Positions 11,201-24,794 of a stretch of DNA of 64,000 nucleotides are shown in pieces; within the stretch, counting starts at the first letter, position 1, and every line of letters starts with the position of its first letter. Below the pieces are notes generated by a model that made no database searches, was not told the origin of the DNA, and saw only the letters and a program-made list of their open reading frames with translations. Position numbers and translations under genes: made by a program. Source of the DNA: Klebsormidium nitens (lineage: Eukaryota > Plantae > Klebsormidiophyceae); NCBI GenBank assembly GCA_000708835.1, contig DF236958.1:248001-312000 (forward strand), read 5' to 3'.

Positions 11201-13515
11201 CTGTGCTTTTTCCAGCGGGAGGAGGGTATTCACAGCTGGGCGGTTCCGTTCGAAGTGGAGGAGTGTGAACACGACATGGTGCAGCCGGAGAGGCTTTTCA
11301 CACCCCGTGCGCACGCCCCGGTCGGGCTGCCCATGGCTTTAGCGGAGCTCCTGCCCCTGGTGACGTCACCCGGGGGGACGGTGACGTTGGTCGTGGTGGC
11401 GAACAACTACCGGGAGATGCTCCTGAGCTTCGTGTGCCGCTTACAGGCGCTCGGCATCCGGAACGTGATCGTGGGCGCGGTCGACAGCGAGATCTACCGC
11501 TACGCGTCCGAGCAAGGTCTTCCCGTCTTCAAGGATCTGTTCGACGGGAGCATATCCCCCGACGACTGCCATTTCGGAACGCAGTGCTTCCGTGACGTCA
11601 CGAAGCTCAAGAGCCGGACGGTGATCAAGGTGCTGAAGCTGGGGTACAACGTGCTGATGTCAGACGTTGACGTCATCTGGTTCCGTGACCCGACGCCGAT
11701 CATGCTCGGCTACGGGCCGAACACGCTCACGGGGCAGGTGAGAATCTTTCGTCCAAAAATGATGCCCCAAAAAGTCTGCTGATCAGAGGAAGACCTTATA
11801 AAAAGAACCCTTTGCACCGTTTAGTGTCTTCTGTGGGGTTCAAGGCTGTGGGGTTCAAGACTTCAAAAAGGGTCTAGTTTGTTTGTTTTGTTCGTTCTGG
11901 TTGTGCCGTGTACCGCTCTTGTTAGTAACAACAGTAAGACGACGTTCTGTGCGGTTGGACGCAGTTTAGGGCGTAAGACATTGCCTTTCATTCAACATTC
12001 AGCACTCTTTTCTTATGCTTAGTTCAAGTGCTTGAATTGAGCCGAAGCCGCAGCTGGAAGTCTGACTTAGCCTGTGGAACAGCGTGTCTTCCGTTCGTTC
12101 TGCCAGTCGCCGTCCCCGTGCTGCAAAGTTTGTGTTTGCATACGATCAATCTGCGACTTGCCAGAGCCTGTACTTCCGTCCTCCGTCCGTCATTCGTCCG
12201 TCCGTCCGGCTTCCTCTTCGAAACTGACCGTCTTCTTGCCCCTCTCTCGGTCTTGTGACTACTCCCCGCTGAATAAGCGAGCATATGCTATCTTGTCAAC
12301 CCCTGCAGACACGCCGTCTTTCCTTTGACTTTCCTTCGGCCTCTTGTTTCGTTCCGTTCACCTTCCTCAGACCACATGTTCGCAGTTCTGCGGCAGTCTC
12401 TCCCTACTTGCTTGGTTTGTACGAGGAAACTGTTTTGGTTTGGGGCGGTCGAATCGCACTAACAACCCCACTTAGAAATTGTCTTGTGGCCCTGTTCTGA
12501 AGTATAAGCCGACGTTGGAGTATCCTGCCGTGGTTTAACCCTGTATTCTGATCAATCCTCTTCTGCAGTCGGACCAGCACAACGACTCTGGGCCTGCCAA
12601 CGACGAGCGCCGCTTCAATTCGGGTTTCTACCTCGCGCGCGCCGAGGCCACGACCATCGAGGCGCTGACTGCAATTGCCGACCACGCCGCCACCACACAG
12701 CTGTCGGAGCAGGTGAGATACTGCCTGCTTACTCGTCCTGTAGTCGGATAGAGCTTTGCTTAAGCGAAAGTTGGCCCGTGGATCAGGTTTACTTTTGACA
12801 GTCTATCTTGGGAAGGCGATTTGAGTCCGGCTTTCGTTGGAACAGACGCGGTTCCAGGAAAGACGCCACGTTCTTGTACGCTTCATCTCGTAAGCGCTGA
12901 TGTGGCAACTGGGCTTAAAATGTGCTAGTTTGAGTTCTCGAAGCTGTGTGGCAAGTAAAAATCGATGACCAGCGTCTTTCGTCTCAAACGGCTTCTTACT
13001 TTCGTCAGCTTTGGAGGCTTTGGAGAAGCAGAGGAAACCTAAGTGGTGCATTCTAAGAAGGGGGTCCCTTGCATATGGAAGATCGGACGCACTAAGAAGG
13101 GAGTTGTTGCAGTGGGAGTTGGTGCACTCCAGATCTGACGTCCGCATCTTTTTGGCCTAGACCTGACGTCCGCATCTTTCTTGCCTTCTTGCAGCCGAGC
13201 TTCCACCACGTGTTGTGCCAAGCGGAAGGTAGCCGGAAAGTTGGTGACGACGCGTGCGAGTTCTATAATGGCCTCCGTGTGGTCTTCTTAAATAGAACAT
13301 CGTTTCCAAATGGTGCCACTAGTTATATATGGGAGAAACAGGACACGAGAGAGTTCTGCGAGAAGAGGGGATGCATCATTCTACACAACAACTGGGTCAA
13401 AGGCCGGCCTTACAAGTTTTGGAGGGAGAAATACAAGGGGTTCTGGAGGTATAATGCTCACCACAGGACGTGTCAGTACGACTGGATGAATTCAACAAAT
13501 CTTGGTATGTATTGA
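8212..13515 (+). CDS. RAY1: Beta-arabinofuranosyltransferase RAY1-like (GT77, nucleotide-diphospho-sugar transferase), type II membrane protein
   Basis: Exons 8212-8741, 9143-9604, 10154-11737 (contains a false gap), 12569-12712, 13195-13515; GT-AG with consistent phases. N-terminal TM segment GGLLLLALVLFLSLLGLISVF. Motifs TLFTAP, IMPPFLY, LKLGYNVLMSDVDVIWFRDP (DxD), NSGFY, SEQPSF and LHNNWVKG match the recalled Arabidopsis RAY1 sequence. Confidence 0.88.
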
Positions 13516-16500
13516 TATCTATTAGCAAGCTATAGAGCACCGGCCTTTGCATGAAGCACAAATTTGTGACGCTGGCGATATCGGCCAGTTCACTGGATCG
13601 ACCACATTAAAGTGTTCCATCGAGATGCACTTATCCATGCCATTCACTAGGCGCACATGCATGGTTGGAAGTTTGTGCTCCATATGGCACCCACTGCGTA
13701 CTAGGACAGCTCTAGAAACGACCGTTGGATCGAAAGTTGGTGTGTATTAGATTGAAAGTATATGCATGTGCGATTTCAGACTTTATCTGCCGGAAAATTG
13801 TTCTTTCCATAACCGCATGCGTTGTGTATTAGAAGCACTCTTTTGATTGGACTTCATGATGAAGCTCATGTGGCGTTAATAAGCACGATGATTGATCCAA
13901 AACATTGTGCACCATGAGACGCCTTCTGTGGCCTGTTTGGCTGCAGTACATTGAAAATTAAGACACCATCCATGATGTGAGAACAATATGCATCTAATTG
14001 CCAAGACATTTGCCAGGCGGCCAGTATTTGATTGAGGGATATTGGTCATCTACCTTTCAATCATTTATGCATATGCGGCTGATAGTATCCAAAGAGTCTG
14101 ACAGATCAGCTGGATAAAAGTTGCTCAAGCAGTCCAATAGCACTAAAGCACATTGCATTAGCAAGCATTCACCAAACTTCTGTACACAACTGAGAGGAAC
14201 TACTTGCGAACTTGGACCCCAACCCCTATGCTTCTATGCAATGGCAAGGGGCCCATACTCTCAACAACAAGAATTGTATATGCGTTTGAAATCGTAACAA
14301 CGCTGCGTTCGGAGTAAAGACATGTCGTGACCTCCTATGGGTCTTATCGTAAAAACGTTGCATTTAGAGTACACACATGTTGTGACCTCCTATGGATCTT
14401 TCCCGCCTCCTGAGTTGAAGGCAGAAACGACCATCGGTCCGCCGCCTCTGATTTCTTCGTCATATCTGCAGGGACGAAACAAAATGTTGCTCGACTGAGG
14501 ACTGTTTTGAGCACCATTCGAGACGAATCTAGTAAAGTGTCCTTGATGTGGATCTTGGAAGGCTCAGCTATCAGTGTTGTCATCACAAGGGGTCAGTCGC
14601 AAATTACCCTTGATAGATTAGAATCATCATTGCCTTCCAAAGACCGTGCACAACCAGGACGCATGCGGCTCAATGTTCCCGCCAAGAAGAGACTCACCAC
14701 AATCGCAGACTATATATATGCGTGATGAAAAAGTAGGATGTTTATTCCCTTCAAGATGGCCAATATGACCACTATATACCAACATGAGAGAACAAAAGCC
14801 GAAGCAAAGCAAGATGGGGATCCAGCAAAAAGAAGACTTAAGCAAAGAATCAAAAAAGGAGCAATTCACTATAGACATGGAACAAACACTTTCCAAATGT
14901 GGAGCGTCAAGATATGCGGATTATGGAAGCATGGCTCAGTACCACAGCTCAAGTATTGAGCCCCTCACACACAAAGGCTTGGCCCAGTGTCGGGATCTAT
15001 AGTCTCATCATCACCATGCGACCCTCATTAAAGTGCATTTGAACCATCTTAAGAAACGAGACTGAGTTTCCCCCGAAGATGCAAACAACAGTTTTGAAGA
15101 CCTTTCTTCAGCAAAAATTCACCGGTCCTATTCATGAGGGTCTGCCATCCGGAAAAGAATGATGGGTCTGGAACAAGGTCAAGCAACGTGTATCAGCAAT
15201 TAGAAAACCAGGCTGACTCTGTCCGTCAACCATTCCAGTCCGCAGTTGAGCGAATCTATAAATGCAGAATATCATTGACCAGAACAACGTCGCTGGGCAA
15301 GTTGTCAGAGAGAAATGCTGAAGGACATTTAGAGCTCACTTTTCAAGAGAGGTGGGTAGGATTTGGGAGTCGGCCAGTGGATGACGTTACCACTGGTAAA
15401 GTGCCTGTAGAACAAAATCCAATGTCAGCTGGAAGTCAGAGTGTGCTTTGAACCAGACATGCGCACAAAGTTTGCTTTTCTGTAATGATCACGACGCATG
15501 TTTTGTAGACCTCAAGGTCGATCTTGTCCACACTCAAGGTGTCGAATCTCAAGTGCAGGCATATGGCTCATCTATGAGAAAAGATGAGCCAGCCTGTGAA
15601 GGACAGATTATATGGGCAACAGGGAACGAGAGGAAACCGATCGCTGAGCCGTAGCCTTGCGCGAATGACCTCCAACAAAGTTGCCACAACCACCACCTTC
15701 TAGAAGGGCACACCTAATCGAAGTTGGCACTACTAGTGCAAACATAAGAAATACTCCAACAATCAGGTGAAGATGCTACAGTAACTTCTACACTTGATAG
15801 TAAAAGGCACTTGTCGGTTGAGCAATTTGGAGCAGATAGAGTCTCTCTTACCCGTTAGTGTGCAAGGGTTTTTTGAGCCAGTTGCAAGTCGAACCAGTGT
15901 GCATGATGCCTTCATCAGTTCATTAAGTAAGACAGATATGATTCAAACAACGGCTCTGGAAACAATGGTTGCAACCACCACCACTTACTAATCACTCACC
16001 CTCTGGTATTTTCCACACCTCCTCAATCACCCAGCTGGTAATGGTCACTTGCTGAGTCGCCAGATGCCTTCGCTGACAAGCGAGGACCCCATGGAAAAGG
16101 AGATCTCTGAATATGTAATGAAACTGTCACACTGCTCTTAATCATCTGATTGGCTGCCTGAGCTGCGAATAACCCCTTCAGGAGAGTCGTAAGCCTGTAT
16201 GTTCTGCAGTTCGCAAGCAGGCTCCCACAGAATAGTATGGACAACCAGGAAGCCAGCTCCAAGCACGGCGCCGCCAGCCATCCAGCGAAAGGCCCGGGGC
16301 CACGTAAAGCGGGGGCCTGCACAAGCACAATGACGCAGGATGAATAGAAGTACAGTGAACGCTAGAAAGAACCGCAATGTCATTCAGAATCTCACACCTG
16401 TGCCCTCGACAGACTGGAACTTTAAAATCTCCATCTACGAAGCACCATTGAGGGTGCTGACTCACCGTAGTTTATGTAGCAGAATGGCAGACCCAGAAAA

Positions 16501-16730
16501 GCGCCACCGCAGAAGCCTATCTTAGCCAGCTGATTGGTAAGCAAGCTGCAGGGAGTGGCATCGCTGCGCATCAAGTAGCCATCAGAAGCTCCAAGCGGCT
16601 GGCGAAGCGCCATTTTCCCGTGTCCTCTCTTCCCGACTTGACACTCGAATTGCCAGCCGAGCAGCCGAGGTCAGGGGGACCAAACACCCCAGGCAAATTT
16701 CCATGCAACACGAACCATGTTCCAGCAGAC

Positions 16731-16829
16731 AAACGGCGTGTTGCCCGGAACCGGGCAATGGTGGGATTAGACCTCCAAAGGGTCAGCTTCAAAACCCCTG
16801 GGTTTTTGGCTCCGGGCAACACGCCGTTT
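16731..16829. repeat. 99-bp element with perfect 19-bp inverted repeat (mini-MITE or hairpin)
   Basis: AAACGGCGTGTTGCCCGGA (16731-16749) is the reverse complement of TCCGGGCAACACGCCGTTT (16811-16829). A nested palindrome TTGCCCGG-AA-CCGGGCAA lies at 16741-16758. Confidence 0.7.
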
Positions 16830-17228
16830 AGGAGCAGAAAGGGGCTGGTTTAAGGGTGGATTTAACGGGCAAATACATTTCAACCGTCTGCTAACCCTAA
16901 GCTTAACCCTCTGCTATGAACCACCCAAAATGTACTCGGGACATGTATTTGGTCCAATCGCAGCCGTCCAAGACGAGCAATTTCTCATCGGGCGGCTCGG
17001 AACATGGTTTCAAGGGTTTTGCCTGGCGTTTGGTCCCCCTGGCCGAGGTCCGACTCCGAGTCCAGGACATGAGCGCAGCTGAGGCACATGCAGACTCCAG
17101 AGGAATACCAAGTCACTTATGGGCAGCCTATACGATGCTTCGTATAGGGTCCATTTCCCCCAGCCGCGTTATCCGATAAGGATACCATGCTCAAATGTGT
17201 CCAAAACCCGCATGAGTCCGAGTCAGAC

Positions 17229-17525
17229 CATAGGGTTGTTACACTTGAGAGAGAAAAGTCTCCAACCGGGACGGCCCGAGCCCGATCAGGCTCGGGCAAG
17301 TGGCCTATTGGTTACATTGCCCAATTTTTGCGGCTGCCGGAGGCCCCGATTTCGGTCGGGGGCTCGGGCAAATGTCGGGTCGGGTCGTAAAGTGCCTGAC
17401 CTGAGGGGCATCGGATTGTGGGCAACCCGATCAAGATTTCTTACAGGCTGAGGTCAGCCGGAGGTCCGGCTGATGGGTCTCGGGCCGTTTTTCGATCGCA
17501 AAATCTCTAATGTAACAACCCTATG
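17229..17525. mobile_element. MITE-like element, hAT-like termini, 297 bp
   Basis: 15-bp TIR CATAGGGTTGTTACA / TGTAACAACCCTATG. Interior rich in CCCGA/TCGGG subterminal motifs. No matching 8-bp TSD visible. Confidence 0.7.
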
Positions 17526-17723
17526 ACTTGGGAACCCATGTGCAACCTTGCAAGTTGCATTGGCAAGCCAATCCTGATCTGCAGAAAGAGAGCATTGCAT
17601 GGCTGGGGTTCTGTTTTTGAGGCGCAATTCAGCTTGACAGCAGCGGCAGATCAGGCGGCATTGATTGGCACACACTGTTTTGGCACGTCAGGGACGGAGA
17701 GGAGCTGAATCCAGGGGGCCAAG

Positions 17724-20700
17724 ATGGTGCTTGGAGCAGCTGCCCGGGCTGTTCTATCGCAGGCGGGGAGAAGAACAGGGACTGAGGTGAGATTTGGGGA
17801 TTGTGCACATTGGAAGGGAATTGCCTTGTTGCAGTTCATGCAAGGCTAAATCGGTCGGAAATACACTTGATGGACCATTGCAGGAGTTTGTCAAGATTTC
17901 ACTATCTGCTGAAAACATGCATTGATGGAAGGACCTCTCACTGATGCCCAGCACACTGCCATTATCTTCCAATTGTGCTCAGACATGGCACATGTGCAGT
18001 TTACGAGTTTATTGTGTTGTGTTGAGATTGCAGCTGCTTTGATTGATCGATCATTGTTCCCAGGTGATAGCAGCATTCATCTCCAATTTTGCAGTTTGCC
18101 CCTCTTGGAGGAAGACAATGGACCAGACTGTTGCAGACATCAACCACCACAGTAAGCCTGGCAAACTAACTATCAATTCTTTGGACCATCAACATGCACA
18201 CTTTAACGATTCTGCGTGTCGACTGAGCCAATTGGCCTAGACTTTAATGCAGACTTCTCTGGTGCATCTTGGATTGCGGTCACAACAATCGCGATTGCCT
18301 ATTGCTGTACTTTGTTTCTTCAAGCTATTTTCTCATCGACCAATTTGTGCCGCTTATCAATTTTATGTTGTTCCTGTGCAGGATTTGAAGAGCAGAGTGG
18401 CTGATATGATCCCTGAAGAACAGGTGATCTTCTGTCAAGCTTCTCAATGAACCTTTGAGGAGTAACCTGCATCAGTATTCTGAACACTTGGAATGTCTTT
18501 CAAATCAGTTCTAAATGAAGATTTCCTGGGGTGATGCATTCGTGAAGCATGCATTCAAACTGCCAGGTTCATGCTGCAAACCAGGGAAGATTTTCACTGA
18601 TCATATTTGAGGGTACTTTCTACATCAGAATGACCGAGGTTCAATACTTTCTTTGTCAGTGGGTTGGAACCTGAGTCGATTCTCCCCTTGCTCTGATCTT
18701 CCATCAGTCTTACCACATACTGAGATTCTTACATCCATACTCCATCCTCAGAACTTTGAGGCCCCAGAATTTGAGTGAGAGCTTTCCCCCTGCAGGCAAA
18801 GCTGAAGGAGTTGAAGACCAAGTATGGGAGCGTTGTGCTTGGAGAAAATACATTAGACATGGCGATTGGAGGGATGCGCGGCATCAAGGGAATGTTCTGG
18901 GAGACGTCACTCCTTGATCCAGAAGAGGTGCCTTTCTTCTCCTCCCAGTCCAATTCATGTCCAAACCTGAGTCATCATAGCAGGCTTCGGTGCTTTTTAT
19001 CACCAGTCATTAGTGGATTCGCAATTCAACAACTTTTAAGATGCCACTCTAAGACCCTGCAGAACCACTGGCTGTTGGAAGGTCAGAGCATGTAATCCCA
19101 ATATCAATACGGAAGAATCATTGGACATTCAGGGAGAAAACTTTCTTCTATCAATGGACTATCTAGGTTAAAAATCCCTTCCATCAATCATTTAGACCAC
19201 ATGACTCCCAAGTCATCAAGTGTCTACAGTTTCTCTGATGGCTGTTCAAATGTTCAGGTGTCTGTAAGTCATCCACTTACAAAGTGGGGCTTACAAAGTG
19301 GGGCTTGCGTGGAGATCACACATTTACCAGGGATAAAAGTGCCGTTCGATGTATGATTGATACATGCAAATCAGATTGTCCTGTTAACTTTTGTAAATCC
19401 CTGGAACTTCCTATTGTCGGCTGTAGATATGTGCGGCAGGCGATCCAACATGCCCCGCTTAAGCATTGCAATTGCTGCTGCTGAACAAAGGCAAGATCAT
19501 CAGGAAGCACCCGGAGGAAGGTTTTAAAGTTGGGCTACCTGGAGGGATCTAAGCCGGTCAGGCAGTACCTTGCGAAGGGTACCAATGTCAATTGGAAGCC
19601 AATTTGTGCAGGGTATCCGGTTCCGCGGCTGGTCCATTCCTGAGCTCCAGAAGAAGCTGCCAACTGCAGTTGACAAGGGGGAGCCTCTTCCTGAGGGCCT
19701 GCTGTGGCTCCTGCTTACTGGCGAGGTAATGACGATTTCTTGTCACTTGTGATGTCCAGATTGGTGGCCTGCTTTCGAAGCTGCTTTCTTGCTCCTGTCC
19801 TGGTCAGATGCTTCAAGTAACAACTCAAGCGCACTTTGAAGGGCCTGGTGCCCACGAAAAGGTGCATACATCGGCGGTCGAGCACGGTTTCTGACGAGGC
19901 TATGAGAAGCATCTGCTGTCCCTCAATGGTCACTTTACCAATGCGACCTTGATTCAGATGAATTGAGCCAACTTCATTCCTGATTAGGTACCCACAAAGG
20001 AACAAGTGTCTGCACTGTCTGAGGACTTGAAGGCGCGAGCTGGGTTACCAGGTGAGCAGTTGGTCTGGCGCTTCTCTTTGTCCAAATCATGAGGTGTTGC
20101 CTCTTGGAAGTCTGATCGGCTTTCTTGGTAAAGTAAGGGCCTTGAAGAGAGGTCAGTGCTGAGCCTGATGAGCGACAGGTACAGCCGTCACTCCTGATCG
20201 CTGCAAGTCACGATCAATGTCCATGGTGGATGGTGCGCCTATACTGGCAGTGCATGGCACAGAACTGCACCGTTGGAATCCACGGAGGCTTATCATAATG
20301 CAAAGCCTGGCCGCAAAATTGTGGAGTTTCGTTTCAAGTTCTGATATCTGGACACTGCTCACCAACCTGTGGCACAGAAAGGATAGATCTGGATTCCTGC
20401 AACGTTGCGCCTGCTTCCTCCTTCAAAGAACACTGTCGATTTCAATCTTCGACTTCTATTTAATTCTCGCAGGTTACGTGCACGACACGCTGCAAGCGCT
20501 GCCAAAAGGAGCTCATCCCATGACGCAGCTTTCTGTCGGTGTTATGGCGCTGCAGGTGAGGATCCGAAAGTGTCGTTTGCTTTTCTGCCTCGATTCAATT
20601 GAACAACAGGCAGCACTCTGCACTTAATAACCAGATGGAGTGCCTTGATCCATGTAAGTTGCATAGTGCATAACTTATCCTTACATTTGTTGTGCAGAGC

Positions 20701-23700
20701 GAAAGCAAGTTCGCGGAGGCGTACCAGAAGGGACATAGCAAGAAGTTGTGAGTTGCCAAGCTCGCCGTTTCTATCTAAGCCACCCAGGATGTCCTTCGCA
20801 CCGTCAGATTGAGTTCCTCAAGACCATCCAACGGATGAAGGCCACTGGAAGCTTTACGAACACGTCCTGGGCCCGGTCTTGCAAACACTTACGCTCCTTA
20901 CCCGGCTCTTACGGTCATTCAAAATTAACTGCAAGACGTTGACTCTCTACTTTCTTCGTCGTCGAGCTTGATGAAATCTTAGCGCTTACCTGTGCGTCAG
21001 TCCAATGCTTCACCGATTGAGGAGTTTGGACGAGGTCAGGAGCCCTGGTTAGCTGCCTCTGTTGATTGTGACAGCGTTTTTACGGCTGTATCAACGACGA
21101 ACAAGTGCCATGCATCCCACGAGCTGGTCAACGACAGTTTTCCAAGTGGAGGAATGCGCTCAGATATTGTTTCACAGGGCTCCTGACGAAATCTTCGCCT
21201 CTTGCAGGTATTGGGACCCCGTCTACGAAGACTCCATGAACCTTATTGCCAAGCTGCCAGAACTGGCCGCAACCATCTACAGAAAGTAAGCTGGGAGTCT
21301 GATCCAGATTCTTCGCAGGCAACTTTTGAGCGCTGCGGCCTCCCCTATTTGTAGACTTGCGTATTCGTATTACATGAAGCCACGGATTGGTCCCCAATCA
21401 ATAGGTCGTACGTTCTCTGGGGCAAACAATATTGTGTGGTTTTCAGGCAATCGATACAACGGCTCTCGATTGGGGCCGACGTTGAGCGCCCATCCATCAG
21501 AGATCCGCTGTCTTTCGTCCTTCTGTCAGTACTTTCAAGCACGGCTAGTTGTTGTAGTGTCCGCTTCCGATCTCTGGCCTTCCGCAAATCGCTGGGTTTC
21601 ATATCAAAGCGTCCAAATTTGATGATTGTAAGTGATTCAATCGATGCGGTTTGAGCGAAATTGGCCCGTTGACCCGCCCTGGTCCGTGCACAAGGGACAA
21701 TGGATCTCAAACAATCCTAGTTTTGCAGCACGGTCATATTCGGAAAGCATGTACGGTCGACTCGAACGAATTCATTCATTCTTCAGTAAGCTTGTCCTTG
21801 CGCGTTTCTCGAGCACAGAAACGAAGCGCCAAACAGAGCGACACTATCTCCTGCGCTTCTTGATAGAAGGCCTACAGTTTAGACGAAAAGCTCACCTTGC
21901 CAGCGTACGCTATGCCGTTTTCTAATGTCATTTGCCTATCATTTCTGTGCAGCACGTTCAAGGGCGGGAAACTCATTCCATCCGACACGAGCCTGGATTA
22001 TGGCGCCAACTTTGCTCACCAGCTGGGCTTCGACGACCCCGAGTTCTACGACCTCATGCGGCTGTACCTCACCATCCACTCTGACCACGAGGGGGGGAAT
22101 GTCAGCGCACACACGGTGCATCTGGTGGGTCCCATGACTCGTTTTAGCCGATTGCATACACGTCAGAAAATGGCGGGTTGCTTCTTGACGGTAAAAGCTA
22201 GCCAATTGTAGACGAGTCAGAAATGGCGGATCGCTTTCTGCCGGTCAAAGGTCGTCATGGATAAAAGCGAAAAAGCAGCTGAAAGCGACCCTGCCAAAAG
22301 TCTGAACTCTCTAGGTTTGCAGCAAGGCGGTTTGACTCAAAACATGTTTGCGACCGTTTGTGAAACATCTGCGCTTTGGCATTGTCCTGAATTCTTAGCC
22401 AGGCGGGCAGTCCGGACTAATGCTTGTCGCTCCCAAGCAGGCATGAACAGAAACTCCGTCCTTCCTCAGCCACTGAGCGTAATGCTCGAAGCTCATAATC
22501 ACGTTTATCCCAACTGATTATTCCTCCGTTCGAACCAAATGGGCAGCGCTTCGTCAAACCCGTGCATGTTGGCAAAGTACCGCCGCCGAGCTTTCGACCC
22601 CAGTTGCTCATGTGATCCGGCCAATGAACCTTGCGAACCAACTCTTCGACACCGCCAGCGCCTTTCTTTTCTCCGCATTTCCTCATCCTGGCCCATCGTT
22701 TACTTGCTCATTGCCTTTCAGGATCACAATTGTCAGGTATACTTCAAGGCAGAGACGAGGATCTATATATTCCGTATTACCAGGTGGGCAGCGCCCTGTC
22801 GGACCCGTACCTGTCGTTTGCTGCGGGCCTGAACGGGCTGGCGGGCCCGCTGCACGGGCTGGCCAACCAGGAGGTGCTGCGCTGGCTGGAGGACGTCAAG
22901 GCCGAGCTGGGCGAGCAGGAACTGACCAAGGAGAAGATCGCGGACTTCGTGCACAAAACGCTCGCGAGCGGAAAGGTAAGTGCTTGGTTCGACGCTTAGG
23001 TAGAACGTTGCTTTGATTGAGCCTTTAGAAAGGGTATGTACCGATTGGCTTCGGTAGTCGTGTCCATGTCGGGGCCTTCTGGGACTACTCCACGATAAGC
23101 CAGTCGGTTGCGTGCTCGGCACTTCATTTGCTTAAATTTGAATTTAGGTCGTAGCTAAGCATCTCGCAAAGAATGAAGCGTACCTGCATCCTGGAGCTGA
23201 GCTTCGATACACTAGATTGCATCTTTCTAGCACGTTTCATCGCTTTAATTTGAATTCTTTTCTGAGATGGTTGGGGTGCTTTTACCGGTCCGCTTAGTTT
23301 TTCTCGGTCCACTGAAGTCGATGCTCTTTTGCCTGCAGGTTGTGCCTGGCTACGGTCACGCAGTGCTCCGAAAGACGGACCCTCGCTACACGTGCCAGCG
23401 AGAGTTCGCACTCAAGCATCTGCCGGACGATCCGCTCTTCAAGCTTGTGAGTCACGTTGACTACGGAACTAGTCTTGCGCTTATTCCGCTGAATTGGTGC
23501 TATTTCTTTTACTACGTTCATCTTCTGAAAGGCAAATGTTACACTTCGCCTCTATAAGAAAGCCAATAAGACGGACTCGAACAAAGCATGTACGCCATCT
23601 CCAAATGCATGTGATTGGACCGCTCGTCTCCCCTTTGCATCAAGGAAGAGCTTTGCCTACCGTGGCAACTCCATCGGGTATTGTACTTCCATCTCATTGC

Positions 23701-24794
23701 GGGCAGCAGTACGGTCCTAAAAGCACTGTCCTCGGAGCCATTTGAAAATCGATCCGAAGCACTCCCGTCCCCTTGTCTTTGAATTTATATTCTGCCCTTA
23801 CCAAAACCCGCACGAGATCAGATCCAGCAACTTTGGCCTGATTCCAGGTTTTGAAAATCGAAATCAGCGACTAAGGCCGAAGCTTCGGAGTTAGGGTCTA
23901 TTTCAGCATTCATCTCGTTGTCATTCCTTGTCATTCTGCCTGCTTCGCTTGCTCATTCTGTCCGCCCAACGTATGGGCTGAGCTCGGCTGCTTGAATTTC
24001 GGCAGGTGTCGCTGCTGTACGAGGTGGTGCCGGGGATCCTGTTGAAGGGTGGCAAGGTGAAGAACCCATGGCCCAACGTGGATGCCCACAGCGGCGTCTT
24101 GTTGCAGTACTACGGCCTCACCGAATCCAAGTGAGAAGACCGCTTTTTTTAAACCGTTGATGTGTCACCTCGCTTCATTGGCCCCTTCCGTCCTGCAATG
24201 TTAGGCGGTTACTCTGAAAGTTTTTATGCAGAGACTCCATGGTCGCCAATCAGCATCCGTTTGCTTCCAAATGAGGGCTGTCTCCTGACTGCGAGATGAT
24301 CGTGTCACAGTTGAGGTGTGCGGATCGCTCGGCATACACCTTCCATCTCCTTAAGATGCTTTCTGGGGCGTCTGATGGTGCGTGATGGAGCAATCGTTTC
24401 CCCCCGTTTTTCGTATGTATTGTGCATCTCTTTCATTATTTGATGTTTGTTCCCGGATCTGACTGTTAGTCTCCTGTTTTCCTTCCCATTTCTGTGACGG
24501 TCTTTGCTTGCAATAGCCCCTATTCAGATTGGCTTCTTCACCACCGAAGGCACCAGCAAGCAACAGAATGTTTCGTTTCCTGCGGACCTTGAAGCCGCTC
24601 CTTCATTCTCAGTGGCCATTAACGCTCCCCTCCCTTTTTGCAGCTACTACACTGTACTCTTCGGTGTCTCAAGAGCCATGGGCGTCCTGTCGCAGCTTGT
24701 GTGGGACCGTGCTCTGGGGCTGCCCATCGAGAGGCCAAAGAGCATCACATCAGGATGGATCAAGGACTTCGTGGCAAAGCAAGGCAAGAAATAG
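17724..24794 (+). CDS. CS: Citrate synthase, mitochondrial (eukaryotic type)
   Basis: Confident exons: 18382-18423, 18796-18927, 19612-19725, 19988-20051, 20473-20555, 20698-20747, 21208-21285, 21953-22124, 22784-22975, 23339-23446, 24006-24130, 24644-24794. Motifs [75 protein letters not shown] and SRAMG are present. The first exon 17724-17786 ([21 protein letters not shown], presequence-like) and any intervening exon are tentative. Confidence 0.95.

Noticed and set aside
622-11782. Long ORFs in the track spanning N-runs (for example 622-1356, 3619-4356, 10331-11314)
   Set aside because: Their length comes from X residues over assembly gaps.
14319-14400. Short direct repeat CATGT(C/T)GTGACCTCCTATGG x2 and neighbouring short ORFs up to about 16400
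   Set aside because: A simple local duplication; no family motif or consistent splice model was found in the adjacent ORFs.
19276-19303. 14-bp tandem duplication CTTACAAAGTGGGG in a CS intron
   Set aside because: Ordinary slippage duplication away from splice sites.
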